Assembly (NCBI GenBank): GCA_002269645.1
Contig: NIVC01000302.1
Coordinates: forward strand, 68,303 to 132,302
Direction of reading: 5' to 3'
Length of the DNA stretch: 64,000 nt
Source of the DNA: Macrostomum lignano
Lineage: Eukaryota
Below, one piece after another: positions 40,870 to 53,579 of this stretch (positions within the stretch are counted from its first letter, which is position 1; the number at the start of each line of letters is the position of its first letter). The notes under the pieces are model-generated. The model was given only the letters and a program-made list of their open reading frames with translations. It had not been told where the DNA came from and did no database searches. The translations under genes and the position numbers were made by a program.

Positions 40870-42059
40870 TTGAGAATTTCAAACTATATAAGAGCTTTAG
40901 CATGAATTGGAAATTAAAATGCAATAATTATATATAAGACACATTTAACTGATTATTCTTTTTTCTCAAGCTACCATTAAAAATCACAATAATTATTTTT
41001 ATTTGATAACAATTTTGTTATCCTAAACACCAAAATTCAAATATTAAAAGATAAAAATGCTAATAAATAAGGCTTATTATAAAGCTTCAAAGATTATGCA
41101 AATAATTTTAAATAGTCTTTGAAAAAAATGGATAGCAAAGCAAAAGGTTTAACTGACTAAAATTTTCAGTTAGTCAGCTTTAACAAGAGGAATTTTTTAA
41201 TTTTCTCTTGTTATAATCAGTAAGATCTTTGTTTGTTATATCATACATATAAAGTAGACTAAGGCCTTTAAGGCCTATTTTCTTATATAGAAACAAAATC
41301 AAACTACCCAGTATAAAGAATAATATTAATAACTTTATCCACTTTAAATATAATAGAGATTTAGACCTAGAATTACTAGTTAATACAGGTAAACAAATAA
41401 GCACAATATCTTAGAAAAATCATTTAAAATTTCATAAAAATCATATTTGCCTACCTGCTATCTATTTACCAGACCAAACTGGGTTTTTTGTCTGGATATT
41501 AGGAGCAATCTTGTACCTAGGGTCCAATTTCAATTCAAGGCGCAAAATTTTAAAAGCAGGGTGTGGCTAGCAAAATAATTTAAGAAGCAAAATAATGAGT
41601 CATAATATATGACAACTATACTATTGTATTTTTTGTGGCTCACAAGACATGTCTCGTTTTGCTTTAATAATTTAACATCATTAGATATTAGTTAAATCTA
41701 ATAAAATCTGAATTGCATGCACAAAAGTCTAGATCAAATTTTAGGATGAAAAATTGCACCATGGCTCAAATTTCAAGGTGAAAATTTAAAGTCTTGGGTG
41801 CTATTTATACCAATTTGCATAAAAAACTTTGAGACCAAAGATTTCACAAAATTTTAAATGCTTTCTGACTTTTTTTTACAAATATTATTTATAAATTTTA
41901 TTTTGTTTTTAGGCAAGTTGTAAAGCCAAGTCTCTTTCTAAATACCTGTACCAACTATATCCACTACACTTAGATAAGGCAAAAAGTAACTACAAATAAG
42001 CAATATTAATATTAGACATATACCATTTTATACCTTTTTTAGTATTTAATATCAATTTC

Positions 42060-42870
42060 TTAATTGAGAGTCATTCCAACCCTATCCCGGTCCCATTAGT
42101 TGTCCCATCAGCTGACAATGGCTTCCTGCTGTGCAGATGCATTGGTCACCACCATAGAAAAAGTGTCTGAGCATGCTTGGCTGTACTGATAACCTCGCCC
42201 TCTTGTCCTTGTCCATTGAAAGCACCTAGTGCCACTATGCCAGATTGATAAGCTGGTCAAGGTGGCATTGAGCATTAGTCTAGTTTTTAATATGCTGAAG
42301 ACTAAGGTGCTGACTATGTTAGCCAACATCTTAGTAGACCTGATATACCACAATGCAGACAAGTAGACAAACAAGCTTTCTCACTGCCAGCATTTCACCT
42401 ACCTTGGTGGTCTAGTGCCCCATGTGGAAGAGGACCTCCAGCGGTGCAGAAGACTTGCCTAGATGGCCTTCCATTTGATCTAAGCCATCCTCTAGTCTAA
42501 AGTGTTGCCTGATTACCAGAGGGCTCAGCTGTAGCAGGTAGTGGTTGAAACCATCCTGCTATACAATGCCAAGATATGGACACTAATGGCTACGCTAGAG
42601 TGGCAGCTAGACTTGGCCCACTTAGGGTGGCTCTATGCAAACTTTTGAGCTAACAAGTGTTTAGACTAAGACCCTATACAATTGAGCCAAGCTGCAACAC
42701 CTATCTACCATCCTTTGCCAATGGCAACTTCAATTGGCAAGCCATGTGATTTAGGCTAAGGGCTACTGCTCCCAACCTGTTTAGGACATTTTGCTACTCA
42801 CCTTGCAAGGCCCATTTAGGGAGGTTAGGCCCAAACCTATGAATATGTGAACTGTCTATTATACAACACT
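42060..42870 (+). mobile_element. Heavily decayed RTE-like LINE fragment (RT C-terminal half)
   Basis: Broken motifs resembling YADDLALL (about 42180), FTYLGG, VVETILLYNAKIWTL; many stops; very few CpG left. Confidence 0.6.
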
Positions 42871-43667
42871 AAGGTGCCCTTATGCCCAACCTATTGGAAT
42901 AAGTCTTTATTTTGTGGACACAATCTGGTATGCCTAAGAAGTTTGGTAGGCATAAATATAGGCAAATATGCACATGACATGCATAGAGATGCTTATAGGT
43001 ATATTAGCACATATGTGTAGTCACATGTGCACATATATAAATGCATGGTTCATGCTCTACTTACAAAATGAAAAGGCAAATATAGAAAACTAGAAAAGTG
43101 TAATTCAAAGTCTTAATATTCAAAATTCTCAGCCAAATAGTTTTATTGTTTATTAATTACTTTTATTTCATTTAATAAATACTTAGCTACCAAAATTTAC
43201 TTATAAATGTAAACACAATACAATTATTACTAGGCCCCTAGCAATAAAATTTGTTAAATTGAATGAACTAATGAAAATATTTATTTTTGGCAAGTTTTAA
43301 GTCAATAGCTAAAAAACATGCATATAGTGAGTTTAACAAATGATTCTGCGGGATAGCCAAGAATGTTTTGTTTGGCATTCTTGAATTGTTTTTTAAACTA
43401 TTTTTCAATGTTTTTTGCATTTTCTCCACTTTAGAAGCTGATTTTAGCATGTTTGGACCTAGTCTTCAAGCTATTAAAATAGTAAAAGTAATAACTTTGT
43501 TTTTTAAGCACCTTTTCTATCTTTATTCCCAACAATTCCTAACAGTTTGAGGGTGGCCTTCTAGCATAGACTAAATGGTTGATTAATGGTCTTAGTAAGA
43601 ACTAATTAGCAATGAGAACATAAGTCCCAGTGCTTAGACTTCCCTCCTTCTAACCAACATCCCTTAG

Positions 43668-43930
43668 CATACATGTGTAAAAGTTGGCCGAGTTGGCCAA
43701 TCTGGTGGCCAACCAAGGAAGTCGCAAAAATTCCCACCTGAAAAAATACCCAAGTAGTAGTACTAAGTAGCTGATGATGCATTTTGACTTAATAAGACAG
43801 TCATAGTTACTCCTGCCAATTACCCAAAGCTGCGTTAATTTTGCTTTAGGGGTTTTTTTTACATGTAAGTTGCATTTTTGATAAAACTAAGTTGCATGGC
43901 CAACCAAATTTTGGAGGTTGCGCATGCATG
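43668..43930. mobile_element. MITE (CATACATG termini), CpG-decayed copy
   Basis: Inverted copy of 48239-48538; flanks TCCCTTAG / TCCCTTAA (8 bp, one mismatch). Confidence 0.85.
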
Positions 43931-44315
43931 TCCCTTAAGGCTATAGACACTTCCAATAAGCATCAATGCCATGTTAAATAACACATATTAGATTATCATC
44001 TTTCAAAATTTTGTACTTTCTATTTTGCAACTCAGCCTTGTACTTTTCAGTAAGCCAACTCCCTTTGTCTACCATTATCTTGCCGATAGACAATCTTAGC
44101 CATTAATTTATCACAGATATTTTAGCTAACCTGTTTGCTATGCTAGTAAATGCAGTTTAACTTGTGGCCAAGGCCCTTCATTTCTTTTTTGCCCTGCTTT
44201 AGAGACAGAAAAAGTGCTTAAAAGTTAAAAGTTAATAGGCCTAATTTTATTGTTTTGATAGCTTGGGATATGGCCAAACAAAGATGGGTGCTATGCTTTG
44301 GGACCTTGCTATACT

Positions 44316-45150
44316 TTTGCAATCCCGGAATTAAAAATCCCGGGATTTGATTCTTAAAAAAATCCCGGGATTCGATTCCCAAAAAAATCCCAGGATTCAA
44401 ATCCCGGATTTTTGGCCCCAATCCTGGGATCCCGGGATTGGAATCTCTAAGACGGACTGTGCGGCGTGCCACATGCAGTAGTCATGGTCTCGGGACTCTC
44501 AGAGTCTTAGGGCCTTTTTATATTACCAATTCCAGAACCAGAATCAATTCGGAATTCCAAGAAAAACAGCAGTATAACTATTAAACTCTGTTAATATTTG
44601 ACTGCCTTAACAGCCTCACTTTGCACGATTTTTCACTTTCTTTTTGGCGATTGTCATTCAATAATAAAAACTTTATAGCATGTATCTCCCTCTAGTTATG
44701 GAGACAAAAAGTTATACTTCACAAATTGGTTCTTGTTCTGGAACCAGAACAAGCACTATGAAAAGGCCCTTAGTCTCGTCTCGTGGTGGAAAATAAAAAA
44801 GTTAAAATTATCTATCATTTACAGTTCACATTAACAATTTTTAGCTCAATTAGGACAGGAGCTTTGCAAATGTTTAACATTTCATTGAGAAACAGCAAAA
44901 ACAAATAAATATTTTATTATTCAAATAAACGTTTAGACTTTAAATTATCTAATTTAGGCATTGAAAGGTTGTTCTAATCCCGGACCAATCCCAGGATTAA
45001 GGCCTTGAAATCCCGGGATCCCAATCCCAGACTTTTGCAATCCCAGGATTAAAAATCCTAGGATTTGATTCCCAAAAAATCCCAGGATTCAAAACCAAAT
45101 TTTTGGCCCCAATCCTGGGATCCTGGGATCCCGGGATTGGAATCCCTAAT
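44316..45150. repeat. Two copies of an AATCCCGGGATT-rich repeat (probable hAT-type MITE ends)
   Basis: Similar ~130-175-bp blocks at about 44316-44450 and 44975-45150, both ending GGATTGGAATC(T/C)CTAA. Confidence 0.55.
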
Positions 45151-48100
45151 CACAAGGCAAGGCGACAAAATATTTTAATAACTGGGACCTTGTATACTCA
45201 ATACTTTATCAATCTCAACATTACAACAAATCAGTAAAATGGTAGATAACCTGATCATATTTAATTTATTTGTAATATTTAGGCCTTAATAGGGCCTACC
45301 CTAAAAATATGGTGGCGGGTAAATGAATTATTCCATTATTAAATTTAAATAATAAACGCAAGGCAGAAAGTATTTTTCAAAGAACTTCCATGTCGCTAGC
45401 CGCGTCTCAGCCGCGTCAAAATTTTAAACTAATGTCCCAAATGCGCTTGCAATAAAATCTTATAGATTTTGGTCCAATAGTTATGCCCCAAAAGATTTCA
45501 GCTCATTAAATATTACTCGCTTCATTTCCTAGGCAGTTTCATGTAATTAAACATGATCGTATCTATCGTGTGATTCAAAAAATCAATACTAACTAAAAAC
45601 TAAAATACATGTAGACTTGTCACATTTCATAATTTCGAAAATACATGTAGAATCGTTGATGGATTTCAACTTTACCCAACTAAGTCTTCATAGCACTAGC
45701 ACGCTTGCTGAGTGCAGCCAGCTTATTGTAGTATACATGATCTACGTACAGCAAAATGCATCGGAATTAAATTGGGCGGGATTTTTTAAATTTAAGAAAC
45801 GTGCCAGTTTAACAAAATGAATGCTGCTTCTATTAGGAATATTGAACTTTTTGTAAATTATTTATTATATTTGTTATGGGATTTATTTTTTATTATCATC
45901 ATTATGGCATCATAAACTGGGGCTCCGAAAAGCAATCTGGGGCACCGAAATGCCGGGCACCGAAAAGCACGGGCACCGAAATGCATGGAAATTGGAAACC
46001 ATTCTTATTTGATCCAGCGTGCAAGAATGCTTTGGAAGTCGCCATATGCGTGCAAAAATGCAAGTGTCTATGGTAAAAGCACCTTGAATTTGCATGTGCA
46101 CTCCGTGCAGGAATGTCAATCCGCCAATCGTGCAAGAATGTAATGCGCGATGTTTCTATATTTAGCATAACAGCCATAGACTACAAGCATAATCTTCTTT
46201 CCATCGTGCAAGAATGTTCAGACTAGCTCGCGCATATTTTGTCTATGGTTCAAGTCTAACTCCACACAACCAGCTCCACCCTTGTCTACTTTAGCCACAC
46301 ATGTTGGATCAAATAAGAATAGGAATCAAGCACTTTGACTTGTGCGTCTATGGCAAAAACCCTCGTGCGCTCCGCGCACTCGTGTTTCAGCCATTGACGC
46401 ACTCGTCAGCATGCTAGATTCCTCCATTGATGGTCATCCAGGGGCTACAGCCCCCCCCCCGCCCCGGCGCCCCCCTGCACTGCCACTGTTTCTTGTTGTT
46501 CTGTTGTTAGTCATTATAGTTTGTTCAAAAATATTGTAAAAAAATTCTAGATAGGCCACCTCTTTCAGATACCATATTTAATATAAATATCATAGGCCTA
46601 ACTCGAACTAGCTAGCGGTGTCGAACATATTTCAAAGTGGAGGGGTTATTGCCATGGTAGGAGGGCACATTGCAAATACATTTTTGTAATCTAAGGGCAC
46701 CCTAACTCCTGCTATTATGTCAGTTTGCGACATTTTGACAACTAAGCCAATATTCAATTCTGTGTTGGTAGGCCTAGTGACCAAAAGTCTAAAAATGCTC
46801 TAATTTTCAACTGATTCAAACATTGTGCAACTATAGGCTATACTGCACTATCAATTTATTTAGTAAATATCCCAAATGAATGAAAGTTGCAAGACAAATG
46901 TGGAAGGAAAACCATAACACATTGCTACATTTGGGTAAGAAATATCTGCAAGGTGATAGTCAGTTGTATACATTTAATATATGATATATACATTTTCTTC
47001 CCCTGGGAAACTTTTACAAATAAATTACTAAAATTTGCTTTCAAACACCCCTGCAACCTGCATATACAATACAACCATATGTGTGCAACCTTAGGATTCA
47101 CTAGGCCATTTCTATTGGCAACATTCAACATATAAGCCTATGTAAGTCACTATTGGCTAAGAGTAGTCTCGTGACTATTATTCCATCTAATAGCAACTTA
47201 CATTTGTGTGTTGCCAATAGAAATTGCCAAGTAAATCCCAAGGTTGTGCCCAAGCATTAATATAACCCTTTGTTCATTCAAAGTAAATGTTTTAATATGT
47301 ATTTTATATTCTTAATATAAGTTTATTAATAGAAAACAGAATAGCTAGGTCTAATTTTTAAATATAAACATTAGCTGTTATTTAGGTCACTTCCATCCCA
47401 TGAAAATAAAACAAAGACAGAAGATGCAGTGCTAATAGCTTACTCGAGTCAGTAAACATCTTGTTAATGCTAATATAGCTGAGTAAATACAATACTAGAT
47501 TGTGCAAGAATGGTATAACATTAAAATTTCCCGAAAAAATTTAGCCAACAACTGGAACAGCTCACAAATTCATAGGCCCCCTATGCAACTTGTTGTAAGT
47601 CTAAGTTGTCAGTGTGCTTCTTGTGCACATGCAAGATCATTAGACTTAGTACTAAGAGCATTGAGTATATAACTCTTCATGTCATTGTGTAAAAAATGAC
47701 CTTACAGCTATAAAGGATATCATGGGTACCAGCAAGTAGTTGTGAAGTAAAGCAACAACATTCCGGAACAGCGGGAATTGATGCTGTTCCCTTTTGAAGA
47801 TGAATATAAAAGTGAAAATCAATATAAATTAACTTATTCTAATGCATTTTAGTCTATCAAGGGTCATCTTCAGGATCTAATCTATTTTTTTATTTGCATA
47901 AAACAATTTTTTTAAGAGATAAAAAGAACAAATGGAGCACTTTGGAAAGGCCTTAAGGAACATGGCCATCTCTTAAACTGCACTTAAAGTGGCACTAACA
48001 ACACTAGACTCCCTAGTGCACTTCTATAGTGTCAGTTGTAGGCAATGATTTTTGCAGTGAATGTTTAAGGCAAATGGCTATTCTTGTCTAATACAAGTGG

Positions 48101-48238
48101 CAGTGCCTGTCATCCTTCCACTCATATTTGTGGCACCATCTGGCTTCAGTAGAATTTGACCTAAAATTAAATGCTGTCATTTAAACACTAAAAAACAAGC
48201 CTAGATTGCATGACAACTGGTCTATCAATGAATGTTTT

Positions 48239-48538
48239 CATACATGCGCAACCTCCAAAATTCGGTCGGCCGTGCGACTTAGTTTTAACAAAAATGCGAC
48301 ATAGTTTTTTGGCCAGAAATGCGACTTACATGTAAAAAAAACCCTAAAGCAAAATTAACGCAACTTTGGGTAAACGGCAGGAGTAACTATGACTGTCTTA
48401 TTAACCCAAAATGCCTCGTCAGCTACTTAGTACTACTACTTAGGTATTTTTTCGGGTGGGCATTTTTGCGACTTCCTTGGTTGGTCACCAAATCAGTCGG
48501 CCGGATCGGCCGACTCGGCCGACTGTTGCGCATGTATG
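48239..48538. mobile_element. 300-bp MITE with 14-bp TIR and 8-bp TSD (hAT/P-like)
   Basis: TIR CATACATGCGCAAC / GTTGCGCATGTATG; perfect TSD AATGTTTT (48231-48238, 48539-48546). Confidence 0.9.
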
Positions 48539-48589
48539 AATGTTTTTGTGCTAGTAGTGTACTATAATATATTACAAATATACTTTTGA

Positions 48590-50149
48590 AGTGAAACGAA
48601 AGGCGCCGTTAGCAAGAGGATGGGAGAAATCAGCCGACACACGCGTGATGCGTGAACAAGCATCCAGCCCTGGCAGCAACTCCCCAGATGCACAAGATCT
48701 GCATGCCTAAAAATAGTCCTGATGATCGGCGAGCAAGAAGCCTAGCCATGCGACCCTCGCGTGATGCATGCACAACCTCTGACCGACACTGCCTATTGGG
48801 CCTCGAAATTCCACTCTCTTTCTCCCTACTGCTCCTATTCCTTGTTGCTTGCGTACAGTGTGCTAGCTTATAAAATATACTGATTGAAGAGGAAAGATCC
48901 TCGCCTGAAGTTTGAGAATGTGACTCTAGAGATCACACAGAGAAAGTTACCATCAAGGTCCATTGTTCGTTGTCTTCCTGAACTGTTGGCAGAAGGAAAC
49001 GATAATATGGGAAAAACCCATATAAATTGTCATTTCAATTGGTTCCACTGACCGCGTGAGTCGCCGCTAGACAGAAGTCTCAGATACCATGCAGTTATTG
49101 CTCTGCTGCATGTCTTCAACAGCCATTCGAATGAATCGAGAACTGAGACTTTCCTGCCTTCAGTAAAGGAAGACTTCGAACTAGACAAGACCAATGGATG
49201 AAGATCAAGAAGCGACACAATTTACCCTTCCAAGAAGAAACTTTCGTTGAGAGATCTACACAATCAATTTGGTCAAGATGGTATTTTTCCAATGTCCTAT
49301 TTAACTGCAATGTACCTTCAGCCAGCATCCCGATCTGACTGTCTACCAGACGCTGTTTCAATTTGTCGAGTCTCCATGTCCCGTCCTATTTGCGTCACTG
49401 TTTAGGGCATCGAAAAGCCCATTCAATTTGTCGAGTTTCCGAGTTCACGTCAATCCCCCTCTCAGATCTGATTAAATAGTCAAGAGGATATGCTGGTACA
49501 ATTCATCCACTGTTGTCACAAGTTCACTTTGCCCCTTGACCAAGTTTGGTGCTTCAACAACATCAACTCAACTGCAAGTTACCAAGTGGGACTGCGTATT
49601 GCAAGCAAATGCACAACTGTACGCCATGTCATCATTGCTCCAAGCTTATTTTCAACAGAGCTCGGAGGACCTCGCTTCCCTGAAAAAAGAGCGACTGAAG
49701 TAAAACAAAGGCGCCATTAGCAAGAGGATGGGAGAAATCAGCCGACACGCGCGTGATGCGTGAACAAGCATCCAGCCTTGGCAGCAACTCCCCAGATGCA
49801 CAAGATCTGCATGCCTAAAAATAGTCCTGATGATCGGCGAGCAAGAAGCCCAGCCATGCGACCCTCGCGTGATGCATGCACAACCTCTGACCGACACTGC
49901 CTATTGGGCCTCAAAATTTCACTCTCTCTCTCCCTACTGCTCCTATTCCTCGTTGCTTGCGTACAGTGTGCTAGCTTATAAAATATACTGATTGAAGAGG
50001 AAAGATCCTCGCCTGAAGTTTGAGAATGTGACTCTAGAGATCACACAGAGAAAGTTACCATCAGGTCCATTGTTTGTTGTCTTCCTGAACTGTTGGCAGA
50101 AGGAAACGATAATATGGGAAAAAAACCCATATAATTTTTTCGTTTCACT
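48590..50149. mobile_element. Composite Kolobok-like DNA element with long terminal direct repeats (KolobokP-like), non-autonomous
   Basis: Direct repeats 48590-49039 (450 bp) and 49699-50149 (451 bp), about 95-97% identical by eye. Outer TIR AGTGAAACGAAA / TTTCGTTTCACT is perfect over 12 bp; inner ends carry degenerate copies (CATTTCAAT, AGTAAAAC). Flanks TTGA / TTAA. Internal region 659 bp. Confidence 0.7.
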
Positions 50150-52077
50150 TTAAAAAACTAAAATTGTACATGTACTTACCAGTACTAATCATTTAATTTT
50201 TTGATCTTTTGCCTGCCTCCTTGAGTTCCTCTTGGTGCTGTCTTTTTAATCTTTTAGCTGATAGCATTTTAGAGATGTTGATTGTAGCAACAATAGTGGT
50301 TTAAGTCTTGGGATTATGGCAGACTCAGAATGTTGATTAGAAATGCCAAAGCAAAAGGGCTAAATAAATACTAAAGCACTAGGCTTAGGCACATTAGATA
50401 AAAAACTGTAGTGAAATAAGATTGAGAACAACATAAACTATTATATGTCTACAGACCTCATTGATGGGGCTGGGGCCTATATAACCAAGCGGTGATGGAA
50501 AGGGGCAGAGAAAGGAAAGAAGGGTTGTTGCTTGAGGAAAGAGGAGCACAACGCTATGTGAATACCCTTACTTACTGTACTTTATTTATTCTTATATGTA
50601 CATTGATTTCTAGGGTGTAAATAGCAATGGTGCCCTCTTGCTCTAGCTTGTTATACTTATAGCTCTCAAGACTCAGAAAAGCCAAGGCCTAAAAACCTAA
50701 CACTTGTTTAAAATTCAAAAGGGCACATGCAAGATCATGCTTAAAAAGTGGGGGGGGGGCTCCAGTCTCCTATGCCCCCTGGTTCTGACACCCCTGACTC
50801 GTATTCATTCCATTTATCAATTAAAATTATCTAACCTTTTTAATAAATATTAAATGCATTGACTTATATTGACCAAATAGGCTTTTTGCCTGAGCCAAAG
50901 TTATTACTATTACTATACTTGAAAATTAGTGGGAAGCTATAGGCAGCCATGAAAGCAATAGTTATAGCTTATACTTATTTTTGTTCATTAATTAGGCCCA
51001 GTGTAAGGTTAGAAACCATTTTATATTTCATGCAGATCTAGGCTCTACTAAATATTTTAAGTGCAACAAGTCCAATGATGTTTTGGCAAAGTTTAGGCAA
51101 ACTAATATTTTGCAAAGCATTATAATATTTAATATTGAGGGCTTTTTCATTTATTATTGTTGTCACTATCATTTTAATACTTAAAGGCCCAATCTATGGC
51201 TCTATTTTTTGTCACACTTAGACTAGAAACAGTGGCTGTGTCTATAACATTAAAGCTTATAGAGACAGTGGCTATGTCTAATAAGGTGCTAACCAATTTG
51301 GTGACAAGCAAATTAGGCAATAGATATTCACTAGGCCTATGGACAAATTTGGCAAAAGCAAATTCAGCAACAATACTATTTATCCGATGCTTTTCAAATG
51401 TGCTTTCCAAGAAAATTCATTCATTTTTTTCCTAAAGTTATACAATGTTCAATTTATTTCAAATGTCATATGGGCTTAAGTATAAAAATCACTGCAACTC
51501 TGCAACAAGAAACAAACTCTAAAATGTAAAAAGAGCACAAAGTGACATTAATTTTGTTTAGTTTCACAAGGTTAAAATGGAAGGTTTATAAAAAAATGGT
51601 TAAATATGGTAAAATTGTAAACTGTGAATGGTAAAATTATAGCAGTGATTAAATCACATGGGGGCATTTAACTGACTGCAGGCCTCAAGCAAAGCTTGGT
51701 CTGTTCTTATGTCTGCCTCATGTTTGTCCTATATTTTGTCATAAATGGTCTGTCAATAGTAGATAGCTGTGTGCTGCTTGTACCAAAGGGCACACTGTGA
51801 TATAAGCTATGCATCAAAAGCCACCAATCTGGCTTCTTCATACAAGAGGCATACAAGCAAATAGAACAAAATGTCATTTCATTGGGCTTTGTGGTTCAGC
51901 CTTGGATGCCACCCCTCCAAATCATTGTTTGTTTGTATAGAGTAGTGATAGGCTAAAAAGCAGTAGTAGGTCCAGATGGAAGATGTAATCTATATGGCCT
52001 ATAGTATGAGACATGAGAGAGTATGAGAGATGACTCAGCTGATAAGGCAGAAATCTTTGGTTCAGTGAGACTAGCTA

Positions 52078-52293
52078 TTTTTTTATTAGATTAGAAGCAG
52101 GGGGTTGTGTGCACCTGGCGCACTTTAAGCGACATGGGCACACAACTGGCGAGAGGCATTACTGCCCATTCCGCCGACTCCCCTAAGCAGGCATACAAGC
52201 GCGTGGATGCGTACACAGGCACACACTCACACAGGAGTGTACAGCGGCCCTAACTTTATTTTATTGTTAGGCATGTATACACTTCACTGCGCC
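52078..52293 (-). mobile_element. 5'-truncated copy of the tRNA-SINE
   Basis: Aligns to about 36205-36412; same CTAATAAAAAAA tail. Confidence 0.88.
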
Positions 52294-53134
52294 AAAACTG
52301 TCCGTTGATCTTCCAGCGCCACTGTGGCGATGTGGCCAGTTTTTCGAGAAAATAGTCGCCACCATCTTCTTGCCGGCGCTCTGCGACCTCCGTGACTTCG
52401 AAGGTGATGACTCGCCCTCGAAGCAACAGACGGCTGACTGGCGCTTTGTTTCTGGATCAAACTGGTAGATCCATGTCTCATCGCCTGTGACTTTGTCCAG
52501 AACGTCACGACTAGCGCCTCCATCAAAGTCAGCAAGCATCTGATGGCACCACTGTACGCGAGCTGCCTTCTGCGGCTCTGTGAGTGAATGAGGCACCCAT
52601 CGGGCGCAGAGCTTCCGGACACGCAGGTGTTGGTGCAGGATGCTCTGCACCTGGCCTCCTGAAGCTGTGCCGTGGTTATTCGGCGATCTGCCAGCAGCAG
52701 CTGCTCCGTCCGCTCTACGTTCTCTGGCGTCACAGCAGTGACAGGTCGGCCGCTTCGCTCCTCGTTGGACAGGCTCGTCCGGCCACTGGTAAACTCGCGG
52801 TACCAGTTCTTGACTGTGGCCAGGGATGGAGCTTGATCCCCGAAAGTGGTTGCAAACTGCTCATGGCACTGCTGCCTCGTTAAGCCGCGCATAAAGTCGT
52901 AAAAAATCATCGCTCGGAAGTTGCGATTTTCAAGTTGAACACTCATTTTCGGGTTGTCGCACGAAAGCAATTTTCTTCTGCTGATAAAATATTTCAACTT
53001 GAACGTGTGCGCCGCAAATTTAATGCATTGGCTGCAGGCATGTGGAAGGCTGCGTAAGTCAAGTTTCAGACCTATGCCTAAGCGAGAAGGGTGTTAGGCT
53101 AAAGACTTTCGGAGTGGCATTCCAGAGAGTGTTA
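52294..53134 (-). mobile_element. Mariner transposase fragment, frameshifted and 3'-truncated
   Basis: ATG at 52946; MIFYDF, ERSGRP, WVPHSLT and GDETWIY (first catalytic D). The sequence ends at the SINE junction. Outer boundary approximate. Confidence 0.9.
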
Positions 53135-53579
53135 TAAATAAGCCAAGTCATGTTAGTTGCAAGCTATGAAAACTCTTAGACCCAGACACTCGGTAAACAA
53201 GCCAATATATACTTTGTTGAGAACACCAATATACATAGAAGCAGCGTGAGCAGTGTACACTAAAGTACATGAAACTATGCGTGTCAATAAAATAGCAATA
53301 TTAGTGCACACAAGCCACACAACAGACAGAACTATTTTCCAACATTGGCCAAAGAACATTGTTGTTATATAATAATACAATATTTTTGTTTCTTTAAGAC
53401 ATAAAATACCGAATGCTATTCCTATGAGTCATTGATATGACTCATTTATATGTTTAGCATAATACATTTTTTAAAGTAGGCTATCTTGAGCTATAATGTA
53501 TAGAAAAAAATTAGTCAAATAATATAATTGGTGTATACCTGTCAACACTGCAGTCTATCAAAGAAGTTTCAAGGCCGGT

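Noticed and set aside
48590-50149. LTR retrotransposon or TRIM
   Set aside because: The repeats do not have TG...CA ends, no PBS or PPT was seen, and TIRs with a TTAA-type flank point to a DNA transposon.
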